Part shown: positions 1 through 12,308 of the stretch, in pieces
How positions within the stretch are numbered: the stretch's first letter is position 1
Layout of the letters: each line of letters begins with the position of its first letter
NCBI GenBank assembly: GCA_977862235.1
Contig: OZ374557.1
Coordinates: 2,790,001-2,854,000, forward strand
Direction: 5' to 3'
Source: Dudresnaya verticillata
Taxonomy: Eukaryota
DNA length: 64,000 nt
Made by a program: the position numbers and the translations under genes
Notes under the pieces: generated by a model
Seen by the model: only the letters and a program-made list of their open reading frames with translations
Database searches by the model: none
What the model was told of the DNA's origin: nothing

Positions 1-1880
1 CCCTTGCCGGTTTTCTTATTTAGCGGTGCTGAAATCCGAGCGAAGTTGGGTACAAAGCGACGATACACGTTGCACATTCCCAAGAAGGATCGCAATTCCG
101 TTTGGTTAGTCGGCGGCTTCGCGACCTTAACGGATTGGATATTCCGATTATCCACTTCTAATTTTCCGGGACGGATAACATGCCCCAGGTATTGTACAGA
201 CGCGTTGAAGAAGTCACACTTTGACAATTTCAACGTTACCCCAGCGGATCGTAAAAGTGTAAGGACTTCCTTCAGGTGGTGGAAATGTTCCGTAGCGGTT
301 TTTGAGTAGACAATTACATCGTCTAGGTAGACGAGGGCGAATTGCCATTTAACCGTAGAAAGGATTATATCCACTGCCCGTTGGAAGGTTGCCGGTGCAT
401 TTTCAATCCGAATGGCATTCTCCGAAAACGATATAAGCCAAAATGGCTAGTGAAGGCAGTTTTGTCCCTTTCCTCTTCCGGAATCTCGACTTGCCAATAT
501 CCGCTATTGCAATCCAGGGTGGTAAATACAGTAGCTTCCCCAAGGGAATCTATGCACTCATCCATCCTGGGAAAGGGATATGAGTCCCTAACCGTTACGG
601 AATTGAGCCTTCTATAGTCAACACAGAACCGCATGGTGCCGTCCTTTTTTGGAACGAAAACCACGGGGCTGGCCCACTCCGATGAGGCTGGTTCAATTAC
701 CTTAGCGGAAAGCATGCGATCGATCTCTGTCTTTTCGAGATCTCGCTGCTTATGTCCGGCACGGTATGGGGCTTGATATACTGGCTTCGCTCCGGGAGTT
801 AACTCGATGCGGTGCTTGGCAGCTGTAATGTTGCCAAGATCGCCACTCCACATCGACTTATATTCCTCGAATAGGGTTAAAATTCGTTTACGGAGCGATG
901 CTTCTTCGGTGCCGATCTGGACTTGATCCTTCCAGTCGGTAGTATTTGTATTTTCCGTTATGGGTTTGCTTACTTCCTTGTCGTGAGGGGAGATGCTGCT
1001 GGCCTTTTCGGAGGTAGGGTTAGAATTAAATGATTGAATAATTCCTCCCCCCTTCTTAAATGGAGGTAAACCGTCAACGGTAAAAATAGCAGAAGGGGCA
1101 GCAGTAGAAAGGCCCACGACAGTACATTTGGGCAACCGTACCGGCTTGTTAGAAACATTAGAGACCCAGATCCAAAACGGTTTGTTAGGTACAACATCTA
1201 TAATACCATTAGCCATTAACGTAAGGTGCTTAAAAGCCGGCTTAGGATGATTTTGTAGAAAGCATAACCCACCCGTGGGGTATTAACCGTTACGGTGGTT
1301 TGAGTCGTAGGGGAATAAGGGTAGATCTTGCTAAACGAATTTTCTGAGAAACCGTAGCGGTGGATAGAGATGAGGGCTGTAGGGTTGCGGCGTTACCCGT
1401 CTTCGGATTTTTGGCTTGACCAACAAGGGGTACCAGTGGGTAATGATGAAAAACAACTTTCCGTAACGGAGGGAGGATTGCCTTCACGTAGCGGTCGATG
1501 AAGGTAGTTCCCAAAATACAGGGAGCCGCCAAGTTCGCGACCACTAGAAAATGGACGCGAGCACGGAGCTCTCCGATACGGACGAAAAGTTGGATCTGAC
1601 CAAGAGGGCGTATAGCGCGATTAGACGCATCCCGTAATGGAGGACTGGCTGCTGGGCGTATGAGTGGGAGCCATTGGCGCGGAAGGCGCCTGGCACTAAT
1701 GAGATTGGGCCCAGCGCCAGAGTCCAAGACGGAGATTAAAGGAAGCATCACGCTATCTGTCCGTCCCACGGTAATTTGCATCTTGTAATTTTGATGTTGC
1801 ATAAAGCAGATAGTATCATTGGTCTGATAAGCCAATGGGAGTTCCGTAACGGTATCTCGCCGATCCCCTGGCGGGTCCAC
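1..1880 (-). pseudogene. pol: pol (aspartic protease + reverse transcriptase), frameshifted
   Basis: ORF 1290-1880 has DSG protease; ORF 365-1216 has the RT N-half; RT continues (ALVYLDDVIVY) in another frame below ~400. Confidence 0.93.
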
Positions 1881-1924
1881 ACTCGCGAGAGGTGGAACGC
1901 CGTGAGGCGGGGATGGCGGCGCCC

Positions 1925-4400
1925 TTACGCATCCCCCCTTGAGTTTTCCGAATTCAAGGTTGCACCAGTCGGATCCGCCTCCATGGGCTCGCGCAATTCT
2001 GCGAGTTTCACTCCGTCATGGTCCTCCACCGATAGTATCGGGGCATTCCGTTGCAGACGGGTCGTATGCGGCTTGCCCCGATTCCCTTGTGGATTCGAAC
2101 TGGTGCCTACTACGAACCTGCGGCCTACAGGGTAATGCTTCTGGAAGTTGCGTTCGCGCTCTTCCATAAGCCTAACCCGATCAGAGTCATGTATCCATGG
2201 GCAAACAACGTGCTCTGGTGAAAGGCAGATGCGACAGTTACCACTTCCGTAAAGGCGTCGGACCCGAGGATCCGACTCATCCCGTAGCGGAGGTGCTGGT
2301 TGCTGCTGTCCTCGCCCATCGTGGTTATCATTTCCGTAACGGTGACTCGGCTGCTGTTGGGGGCCAGCCGGGCGAGATCCACCATAGGGGGGACCTTGCG
2401 CGCGTGGCATCCTGGGCGGAGTAGGGTGGACGCTTTGCGGGGGCGAGGAGTACGGGGTAGAAAAGGTAACCCCCGTGCTCGTTCCCGTAGCGGCACCGTG
2501 GCCTCCCTCGACAGCTAAGACTTGAGCATCCGTAACGGAAGGATCTGCTTGCGGATCATATTGTACATCCGAGACGGAGTGCAGCGATAACACCTTAGAC
2601 GGGCGTGCTTTAGTGCGCCCATCAAAGACGTGAGCCGGAACGGTTTGGCGTCGAGCTGCCCGATGGGACTGACCCAGGCCAGTCGCATAGCGAGTGATGG
2701 CCTGATAATCCAACTGGGAATGCGTCGCCAGATAATTTCTCATCTGTTGACGAGTGCCCGGTAGGAGTCCTTCAACGAACAGTGACTTCAATGCCCGATC
2801 GGAAAATACTGTACCGCAACGGAGAGCCTTGGCCCAGAGCTGGTTCGAGAACTGCTCTTCCGTCATGGCGGATGTTTGCCTGAAGTTGCTGACATCCGTA
2901 TAGGCTTCAGCAATCACTTCATCCGTAGCGTAGGTTCTCAATAAAAAGTTCACCACCTCGGAATATGTGCGGAGCATCTCGGCCTGCTCCACGTCAACCG
3001 TCATGGTACCTCCAGCAAGCCTAGCCTGTAGAAGGGCCTCGGCCTGTCCTTTAAGGAAAAACTGGAAGCACCAGACGGCAACCCCTTCGGCGATGCCGTT
3101 GATATTACAACCGTCACGGAACTTAGCGAGAAATCTCAAGACGGTAATAGGGCCCGTCCCATCGAATGTATGGGACGACATCTGGACGTCGAGTTTCTTC
3201 CGTATACGGCTCATGTTCTGTGAGAACTTAGAGCCGTAGGTTTTACTCCTCTTATCCAATCAGTAGGTGCGGTAGTCCAGCGCCTTGACAAACTTGTCAT
3301 GTAGCGGCCGGATTACCTTCACCTTTCCGGATTTGGCACCGTGTTTTCTGGCCCGGTGCCTATTCTCTCTATCTGTTACGGAAGAACTCTCTGAGTCTGA
3401 ATCCGTAGAGGTAGAGGAGTCATGCCTTTTTCGCGTTTCCGCGATCTTCTGTTTCTCCTCTTGCGGCGGCGGTGTTGGCTATCCTCTGAGCTGCTCTCAT
3501 TGGATTCCATACCGGATTGGTGGCGTCGTCGCTGGGTGTGGTCGCCCATGTGCGACCGACGGGGAGGATCAGAGCGGGAGTGTCGGGCATCTCGTTTATC
3601 CGACCTCGACCGATCCTCCGACTCGGATGGGGTGAGCTGGACGCATCGTTGAGATGGTCGCTGCCTCCACCTGATCGAACCGGAACGGGATAGCGCTCTT
3701 GCTGATAGCGCCCTGGCGTAGGCACATCTACGTGTCCAGGCGAATACCGTAACGGTGACTGAGTGTGTGTTGGCCCCGTAGGGGCGTGTTGATGTTGAGA
3801 ATCCGTTACGGGAGCCGGTGGTAGTGGCCCAGAGGGTACTGTGCCCGGCTGCAATCCCATAACGGGGGGTTGTTGCGGCTGCTGCGTTCTTCCCTCGACC
3901 GGGAATTCATTCCGTAACGGTGGTTGCTCAGTGAAAGCTTCCGTAGCGGGAGGCCTTGCCATGCCGGGAGCAATCTGGCTCTCGAGCTCGGCGGCCACCT
4001 TTTCCTGTTGGATCAAAGCTTGCACTATCCGAGGAAGGTGCTGCTCCAGATAGGAATTAACCAAAGACGGAACAGTTTCCGAGAGGGATATCTCCACCTC
4101 TTTTACCATTCCAGGTTGTACTTCCAGTCGGAGATGCTCTAACACCCTAAGAAGGACCTCCGACAGGACCCAATGGACCCGATGGGATTCCGGCTTGGGT
4201 TGCGGAGCTGCCTTCTTCGAGGCGTCTGATCCGACACGGGAACGGGGAGCTTTACCAGCAGCACCCTTTAGGATGTCTTCTGGGTTCTCCACTCCGGAAC
4301 GGATTTCACCTCCTTCACTGCGCAGACTGCGCGCAGCGGGGGTAGTGTCACCCGCTTTAGGTTCCGTAACGGGAGGGTCTGCGTGTTCTTCGTTCTGCAT
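1925..4400 (-). pseudogene. gag: gag-like polyprotein of family A, split by a frameshift
   Basis: ORFs 3420-4400 and 1925-3259 lie between PBS and protease; C-terminal CRICLSPEHVVCP knuckle-like motif; homologous to gag of family C (FLAKFRDGCN vs FLARFKDACN) and family B (HWVLSEVLLRVLEHLRLEV). Confidence 0.88.
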
Positions 4401-4526
4401 GATACCTTAACGGAACACAACGGTTGTTCTTGCTTGTCTATCCAATATTCCGTAACGGGTTGTCGGTACAGCCGAATTCCTACCGTAGCGGATTTCGACG
4501 GCTGTTTCTTCCAACCGTGACGGTGT

Positions 4527-4543
4527 TCTAGGTCGGGAGACCA
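4527..4543 (-). promoter_or_regulatory. primer-binding site of family A
   Basis: TGGTCTCCCGACCTAGA 5 nt inside the LTR end; identical 17-mers at 42423-42439 and 43993-44009. Confidence 0.85.
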
Positions 4544-4548
4544 AAAGA

Positions 4549-5128
4549 TGTGGTGTAGTGAAAACCCATGAACTCCGAGACGGACAGCTGGCCTGACTTT
4601 CCTTAACGGACGAGAGCAACACTACCTCCACGGGGTGGTAGAGCAAGTCGCACCGAGACGGGAGAACAGCGAGCGGCTAACCGAGACGGATATTGGGAAG
4701 CAACAGACAAGGGGGTGGTACAAGTGCCGGGACGGACTCCGTAACGGTGGTGGTGGTAGACCGCAACGGGCTCGGCGCGGGGAAAACCGTAAAGGATTGG
4801 GCTAAGGTTGCTTACCCGTTTACCTTAGGAGCCGCTGCGGTGCCGTACTGATATACAAGTCAGGGTGGCACCGAGCGGTCCGGTCCGTGGGGGCCAGACC
4901 CTAGTGGTCTGGTCCTATGGTGGAATCGGCCCTGCTGGTCCCAATCTCCGACACGGACATGCGCAGCATTCTCATTGGCTGGCGCACTACTCTACACACT
5001 GTACACAGACTCACTAAAAATAAAGAATAAATACTACAAATACTCCGCTTCGGTTGGTGCGCTCCACTGCTGCACAGCAATGTACGCCAGCCCACAACAA
5101 TGCACCCAAAACCGACACGGGTACACGT
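4549..5128 (-). repeat. 5' LTR of family A, outer ~90 bp missing
   Basis: Reverse-complement match to solo LTR 62453-63051; homology stops near 5128. Confidence 0.85.
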
Positions 5129-5196
5129 GCACACATCCCACAACGGTTCAGGCCACGCTATATGCATTTCCATCGTTTCGGATGCCGAATCTCAGT

Positions 5197-6515
5197 TCAC
5201 CACACGTTGCCGAACAGGTTCATGAACGACGGTCCACCGGACGGCATGAACTTAAGATCCATAAATGACAAACCCGTCGCAAACAGTGTGTTCAGCTGCA
5301 CTGACATCGTACGGAACGCCCGCATCTTGTACATTTCCTTCAGCTGACCCCACAAAAGCCTCCTTCGAAACGTCACACCCCATCCTGAAGTACTCCTCTT
5401 CCCACAGCACACTCCGTCGCTTTCTTTTCCGACGAGCATACTGCCACAGTACTTGCAAGTGCTGATGTACAGTACCCATCCCTTCAGCGGACAACGTCGT
5501 GAATTGTGTGTCGGATCTCCGCACTTCGAACACCTTCTCCTTGTATCCCTTGGATAGTCAAAGTCCGACGGAACTACGTCTTGCTCCTTTGATTCTTCAG
5601 CTCGGCTATCGAAAGCGTAGTAGACTTTAAATAGCCCACGTTCCACCTTCCCAACCTCTGACATCATCGTCCTGTCAGTGCTCCCAGGAACGGACTGTGC
5701 TATGTTCGGCTCAACACTTTCAACGGCCGGCCCGACGGGTACGTGCTCCCCTTGTTCCGCAACGCTTCCTTGGTCCGGCTCCGGAATCGTCCTTCTCCTC
5801 GGTCTCCCGGCCCCTCGCCGTGCCCCCCTGCATTCGACCGTGCCCCACCTGCATTCGACCGTGCTCCTCCTGCGTTCGATCGTGATCCCCCTGCATTGGA
5901 CCGTGCTCCTCCTGCGTTCGATCGTGATCCTCCCGCATTGGTTCGAACACCGCCTGAATTCTCACGTCGGCCTCCTGCGTTCTGTCGCGGTCCTCCTGCA
6001 TTCTCCCGTGGACCTCCTGTATTCAAATGCGACCCCCCCGCATTTTCACGCGGCCCACCTGCGTTCTGACGTGGGCCTCCTGTGTTCGGACGTGATCCTC
6101 CTGCGTTATCACGCGGTCCTCCTGCGTTTTCACGCGGACCTCCTGTATTCGGGCGCGACCCCCCGGCGTGCTGACGTGACCCTCTGGTATTCCGGCGCGG
6201 GCCTCCTGCGTTCTCACGTGAGCCACCAGCATTTGGACGTGGACCTCCAGTACTTGGACGGGCACCACCGGAGTTGGCACGGGCGCCACCAGCGTTGGCA
6301 CGGGCGCCACCAGCGTTGGCACGGGCGCCACCAGAGTTGGCACGGGCGCCGCCAGAGTTGGCACGAGCCCCTCCTGAGTTAGGACGCGGACACCCAGAGT
6401 TGGGTCTGGGGCCTCCGCGAACCATCTTGACCACCCATTGCTCTTGGAGTCTTCTCTGCTTCCCTCTTCTAACCCCCTTAACTTGTGTCCCCCCTTGGTC
6501 CGCACTGATTTCCAC
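5197..6515 (-). pseudogene. Helitron RepHel-like N-terminal fragment with heptapeptide repeat
   Basis: CSKCGDPTHNSRRC zinc knuckle, CKYC-x6-E-x4-CCGK motif, and FRTMSVQLNTLFA...GGPSF resembling the Helitron Rep N-region; no HUH or helicase motifs seen. Confidence 0.55.
5815..6420. repeat. 21-bp degenerate tandem repeat (~28 units) encoding N-A/S/T-G-G-x-R-x on the minus strand
   Basis: Units such as ccaccagcgttggcacgggcg; period of 7 aa in ORF 5700-6515. Confidence 0.9.
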
Positions 6516-7190
6516 TTAAGCATGGCGCGCCGCACCGTTGATTTTGGGCACACCGGACTGTCTTCTGTCTTATACCTTCTGCCTTCTCTCTTCTGCCTTC
6601 TCCTTTGGCGCAGGTCAATACGTACGTCAAGTACACAAAGTGTAACCTTTGTGCACCCAGAACCGTCCTGCGCTCCCCAGGGCAACGTGTGGATACCCTG
6701 ACGTTGGTGGTTCCACCGCAAAATACCCAAGGGCTCCTTGCCTTACTCCGCCTAGGGCCCGGCAGCGGGGGAGAGATATGCTTCTTTAACCGACAACACC
6801 GGAGCGGTGTTGCCCGTACACGTCTGCCCTCCAAAGAGACGCACTTAGACAGGGCTGCCGAAGCACTGTCCAAAGCAAACGGGTCGCCCTTTCGCCTCGC
6901 GGAACCAATAGGCTCAACGCAAAGGGTACTCAGAGTTGCCGAATTGCCGCCCCCCGAGTCACAATCTGTGGGGCTTGCACTAGCAGACGATTGGTCGCGA
7001 TGGTTACCAGGGGTCCGTCACCAAAGCGAAACTGAAATCGCAAAAAATGGTTAGCGCTAGTACGCAAACGACGACGATTTTTCAGAGCCCAATCCAGGAC
7101 GCGGACAGCAATGCGATTTTTTCCTAAGTCTTTTTTGACTTATGATTTATTTTTGCGCGTGCGGGCAGAGTCTAACTAGGCAACTATCGA

Positions 7191-7280
7191 TTTTGTTTTT
7201 CTTTTTTGTTTTTGTTTTTGTTTTTGTTTTTGTTTTTGTTTTTGTTTTTCTTTTTCTTTTTCTTTTTCTTTTTTCTTTTC
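7191..7280. repeat. (TTTTTG)n/(TTTTTC)n microsatellite
   Basis: Directly visible. Confidence 0.95.
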
Positions 7281-7736
7281 CTACCGTAAATGCCCTATGC
7301 ACTAAATTAAAAACAGTTTGTCGCGAGTCGCTGGATCTGGATTCGGGTCGCTGGATCTCGATTCGGGTCGCTGCGTCGCCGGTTTGTCTATTCGCGCTCG
7401 CACCGCTCTGAACTGCGCCCACCACGGATAACCGGTTGAACCCTCCCGCCCCCCCAGGGCGCGCCGCTACCACTCGGGGTAGCGACGACGGGAATCAAGC
7501 AGGATCTGTACCCGTTGCGAACGGGTCTGCTCTCGCCACAACTCAGCTTACCTGCCCCGGGCTTCCACCCGTGCTTGCGCGCTCCCGTAGAGGGAGGGGG
7601 GGAGGAGTCGTGCGGGAGCGTTCCGCGCCACCGCTCATATGGCCCTGTAGTTTGCGATTTACACGGCCTCAGCGAGATCACGGCGAGCTCACTTCGTACC
7701 AATTTAATTATGTAAAGTAGCTTTCTAGGCCCCTAG

Positions 7737-7939
7737 GACAGGTGCGGTTTAATCACATAAATTAAGAATGGAGGCGCACGGCGGGACTGTAAGATCGTAT
7801 CGCTGTAGCGCGGCGGCGCGTCTGTCAATTTACTGTCAGAAAATCGGAGCGCACCAATGCGCGCGCGTTGTTTGGTACCGCGGCAAAATGCAGCCAATCG
7901 GGTGGCGCGGCTTGGCGGTCAGCCAATGGGGTTGCAGCT

Positions 7940-7975
<36 letters not shown>

Positions 7976-8198
7976 ATGCTACTGATGCTGCTGATGCTGC
8001 TGCTGCTGCTGCTGCTGCTACTGAATTTTTCTATTGGGCGTAAAAGGGAGAACTAGAAATATTTTTAGGCGTGCGTAGAAATAGGTTTGGCGACGAGGGA
8101 TGGTAATGGCGGGCGGATGTTAATTTCCACAAATGTTTTACTTGTACGAAGCCCTCGAGGGGCCTCGTACACTCACAAATCATTACTATGGGGAGAAT
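7737..8198 (+). repeat. ~460-bp repeat with internal (GCT)n tract; inverted partner at 60777-61240
   Basis: GACAGGTGCGGTTTAATCACATAAATTAAGAATGG...GGGGAGAAT matches the reverse complement of 60777-61240. Confidence 0.9.
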
Positions 8199-8643
8199 CC
8201 CGCTCGTGCCTCGAATGTACTCTAGCTTCGGCACATTCATCGATTCCTTGTACCATTTGTAATACGTGCGTTTCTATTTTTTATCCACCTGTATTCTAGC
8301 CTTCGGACAATCGGGCTACTGAAATGCGCTGCCGGGTTGACGTTGACTGTTGACCTTGCCCCGCTGCCGGTGAGCGCGCTGGGGATAAGCGCGGTGTGGG
8401 CGAGGCTTCCCGGCATGGCTAGCTCCCATCCAGCGCGGAAGGGCAGATCGCGGAGGCGACAGCAGTCGATCTCACGCCACCCTGCGCTGCGTGCTGTGCA
8501 CAGCTGCGTGCTGTAACAACTTGTGGGTTCGAGAGTGGAGAAGTACGCAGCCAGACGCCGGGATTGATTAAAGTATCAGAGGGTAAAAGGGCGTACGCCT
8601 AGTTGTGTGTGAAAGGGGAGGCAAGGACACGAGTGTTGGCGAT

Positions 8644-8923
8644 GACGTTCAACCTCTTCACCTCATCGATGGAGGCTTCTTTGGAACGCTGCCTTCTATG
8701 TGTTCAGTAGATCAGTCCCCTACTCGGTTGTGGCGACGAGCAAGGCCTTGCTGGTGGTCAAGTCCTTTTCGCAGACGCGCCCGGACGTTCAACCTCTTCA
8801 CCTCATCGATGGAGGCTTCTTTGGAACGCTGCCTTCTATGTGTTCAGTAGATCAGTCCCCTACTCGGTTGTGGCGACGAGCAAGGCCTTGCTGGTGGTCA
8901 AGTCCTTTTCGCAGACGCGCCCG
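8644..8923. repeat. exact 140-bp tandem duplication
   Basis: 8644-8783 is repeated at 8784-8923. Confidence 0.92.
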
Positions 8924-9476
8924 GGAGTAGCCTTCTGAGCCAGTTGCCCAACTCGAGGGTGAAATATCTGACATCTGACACGGATTTTGGATAACTGATA
9001 TCCTTGTCTATCATTTTAACCATGTCCGAATGAAGCCGTTCAGGACCTCCATGCCCGATGCTACGAGTCATGGAGTGCTGTGGACCCCAGGTGTATGCCA
9101 AGCGCGAAAGCCAGAAGGCGCTAGATTCTACAGTGCATCGCAGCGCAACGGCGAGAGGAGGGGAATCAGCGCCGCTTTACACACGACGGGCTACCCTTTC
9201 GGCTGACGCAGTGCCCGCGGGTTGAGACATTCTTCTTTCACTCTCAGCGTCTGCGTGGTGCAAACGTCCTAGACGGAACACCGCCGAGCAGTTCGGGGCT
9301 CGGTGGGTAGCGACGCCCGTGGCGGTGAGAAGCCTCGCCTTGGGCGGCTTGTGGTAGAGCCGTTGACACGCCTTGGGCGGACTGTAAAAGCTCGAGGCGG
9401 AAAGGAAAAACAAAAAAAGAACAAAAAGGAAACACGTCAAGGACGGTGATGAACGTGGAAGCACGGGAGGTAGACG

Positions 9477-9691
9477 TGTGGTGAAGCGGCCGTTGTGGAA
9501 TGCCGACGACGGTTGAGCCGACTCGCGACCGGCCCACCGGTGAGGTGGCACCAAACACCGAACGGGATTGCAGCGACACAGTAGCACTGTACGCCTTGCT
9601 GGAGTCTGCGTGAACCACCAATAGGAGCCAAGTAGTTGATCTATTTGTAATTAGGTAATTGTAATGATTCTGTACAGTACATAGTGTCAGC
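9477..9691 (+). repeat. left part of the 5' LTR of family B (continues at 43523)
   Basis: Starts TGTGGTGAAG; matches the reverse complement of 43310-43522; ends in TCAGC, which is duplicated at 43523-43527. Confidence 0.9.
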
Positions 9692-9820
9692 TGTGGTGAA
9701 GTGAAAGGCACACCTGTAAGGAGAGCTGATCAGGCAATCCGAATAAGGAGTGATCTCACACGGCACCGGGGTGGTAGATGTCACAGTAGAGCTTAGTTCG
9801 TAGACCGAGGGAGTACCTCG
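9692..9820 (-). repeat. part of a reverse-oriented solo LTR-B (rest at 42961-43522)
   Basis: Reverse complement of ~43868-43986; ends in CCTCG, which is duplicated at 42961-42965. Confidence 0.9.
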
Positions 9821-10338
9821 TATAAGGAATACCTTTTAGGTCTCTTGTGAACTCAAAGAGTGCACTCAATGAGAAACCCACAGAGCGGGTACTTGGTAGC
9901 GGTAGTAGAGCGGGAGGAACCCAGAGGGTAGACGAGGGCACGTAACCTGATTGGAAGCACGATACTGAAGGTAGTTCACTGGGCGGGCGGTTAACCGGGC
10001 ACGGGTGACACGTGTGCTGCGGTGCCGATAGCTTGGAGACGTAGTTAGGGCCGGAAGGTGCTTGTCGTTACTGTTCAATGACCGCTACGGGAGATACCCT
10101 TATATGGTACTCCGACTGTCAGGCAGCACCCCTCATACTGGGCTATATACACGCTCCCTATCCTAAGCTATAATTTATAAACTAAATAGACAGATACTAA
10201 GCTACTGACCTGCAGGGTGACACTTGGACCAATCATAGGCTACCCATCTTGTCCCTGCTAGCGCCCTATAGGTAACGCTATTTCCGCGCATACACGCGGG
10301 CAGAGAGCCCACTTCTACAAGCCCGTCACTGTATTACA
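9821..10338 (-). repeat. 3' LTR of family C
   Basis: TATAAGGAA...GTATTACA (TG mutated to TA); purine-rich CGGGGGAG adjacent on the minus strand (putative PPT). Confidence 0.93.
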
Positions 10339-10414
10339 GAGCTCCCCCGAGATTGCAGCCCGTCCTCGGGACGCCAGGGCAGCCTGCACGTGTTTCGCGC
10401 GAAATCATAACCGT

Positions 10415-12308
10415 TTGGTATCCAGACGGCTCAACGCCCATGACCGTCGTCGGCCGGCAATCGATCCCGCGCGCAGCAGTACTTCTCTTCCGCAGCAGCA
10501 TCACCTCAAAGGTTTTTCCAACATGGTCCCACGTCAATCGCAACCAACACCACGCCGCTCGCCACCCCGTCGCCGTCGTCTCTCCAACCCTGACGTTGTC
10601 TTTCCAGTCACGACTTGCGTAGGCTGCGGAGGTTACTACGCGGCCACGGCCCAGTCTTCCCCCATGGGTGGACACAGAGGGTTGTCGGCGTTTTCCAATC
10701 AGGAGGTGCTGGAGCAGTTTCCGCTTCAAGGTTACCTTGTGGACACCCATCCGGACACCTACCGCTTCCGGGCGATCCCCGAGGGTAAGCGCGAGAACCA
10801 GTGGGTTGCGCGTTTGCGTCACTGTCCGCCGAGCGTCGTTATTCCGAATCACTACGGTAGTGACCTCAAGTGGCTGTGTGTCGGGTTTGAAGAAGACTAC
10901 GTCCCCTTGCTCTACCGCTTCCTTGAGGGTAACCAGTGGGTGACCGAAATCAAGTTACTTCCCGAGTCACTCCTGGAGTCTAAGCCTTTTCCCGACCTGT
11001 GGTGGCTTACCGAGCGGTGGGCGGTGGATATTTGGACGGAGACTCGCATTCGCAACCGTACCGATGGTCTCCTAGCGCGGTTTCACAACGTCGAAATGTG
11101 GAATATCCCCACGGGTCGGCGTCGCGATTACTATGTGAAGAAACCCAGCTGGTGGCACGCCATCGAAGGTCCGCGTTCCTTGCCGTCGTTAACTCCGGGA
11201 GTGTTGGCGTACTTCGGCGCCCATACGCGTGATTCCGCGGCGAAGTGGTATTACCCAGTGTGGTCAATCGCCAAAACCGAGCAGGTACTCCACGTAGCGC
11301 TGGCCTTTCTTCAGGCAGCCTACTTTGGCATATGGAACTCTTTGCCCTATACCGAAGCCGGTTACCATGCCCAAGATTGTCTACTGGATGGTCGTCTCTT
11401 CCGCTTGTCTAAGACACTCATCGAGTCAATCCGCACCCTTGGGGTTGACCTCATTTGTGGGGGTAGTACCTTTGTGGGTGACGACTTGGCGGGAATACTA
11501 ACCGCATCGGAGACCTTCAAGTGGGCCGCCGGCGAGGTTTGGGTTGCGTATGACCCAGAGGTTTCCGAAGCGGTGGACGGATTTGGTAGGCGACACAACG
11601 TTGATAACCGTCCTGGTCCGCCGCTCTACTCCTTTGGGGAGGTAGAGGGCATGGGTCGTGGCTTGGGTCACATGGGGCCGAACTCGGAGAGAAACCAAGT
11701 GGTCGAAGACGAGGAGACGCCAACCTACAGTGGTTACCCCGACAGGACGCGTACAGCGTCAGGGCATGTGACTCCAACGAGGACCTCGCGCCTGGGTCTG
11801 GGGGCGCGTCCAGGGACTCCAAAGCCACAAGCGGCACCGGGGACAGTAACGCACATGCGCGAGGCGCGTCCAGCGACACCCGCGCGGGCACCCTCCACTG
11901 GCATACCCCCGATGGTCACTCCTGAGGCAGCGACTCGACAAGTTAACCCGTTGGCTTCACCGAGTGGTCCCTCTGGTACAGCGACGGCCCCAACTGGAAC
12001 GACCCTATCTGCCTCGGGTCACCTTAAATTTGGGGGACTTCAAGAGGCGTGTCGCGCTGCGAAAATCCCGGTACCGGCAACCTCAGAGGATGCTCTGGAT
12101 GCCGCTCGGGAGTGGGTGTCGAAGGAGGCACTCCTCACGTGGTTATGGGGGGGGCCGCCTAAGGAGACTCCAGCTGGCTCCTCTACCTATCAGGTGACGC
12201 AGCCTCTTCCTGCCGGGGTCACTACCAGTGTGGCTACTCCCGTGGAGGCAGGGAGTCGAGCGGCGCTGCACGAAGCGACTTCTAGAGTTACCACGCGAGC
12301 GGAGACTC
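10415..12308 (+). CDS. antisense accessory ORF of gypsy family C, unknown function; interrupted at 12308, with its true C-terminus at 35906-36001
   Basis: Long open frame opposite to gag-pol; a second copy at ~57230-60086 (-); removing the insertion restores ...AET-RRASPFQ...HYQ* in frame. Confidence 0.8.

Larger units (their letters stand above)
1..5128 (-). mobile_element. Ty3/gypsy LTR retrotransposon family A, 5' half (LTR-PBS-gag-PR-RT), running off the left edge of the window
   Basis: On the minus strand: LTR ending CACCACA, PBS TGGTCTCCCGACCTAGA, gag-like ORFs, protease motif VLDSGAGPNL, and RT motifs (RFCVDYRRLN, LDCNSGYWQ, YLDD near 320-330). Confidence 0.95.

Noticed and set aside
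7142..7473. FV-repeat and KT-repeat ORFs
   Set aside because: Translations of a hexanucleotide microsatellite.
7720..7736. CTAG as a Helitron 3' end
   Set aside because: It is on the wrong side for the minus-strand Helitron-like ORF, with no convincing subterminal hairpin.
7768..8056. poly-Ala/poly-Leu proteins
   Set aside because: Translations of the (GCT)n tract in a dispersed repeat.
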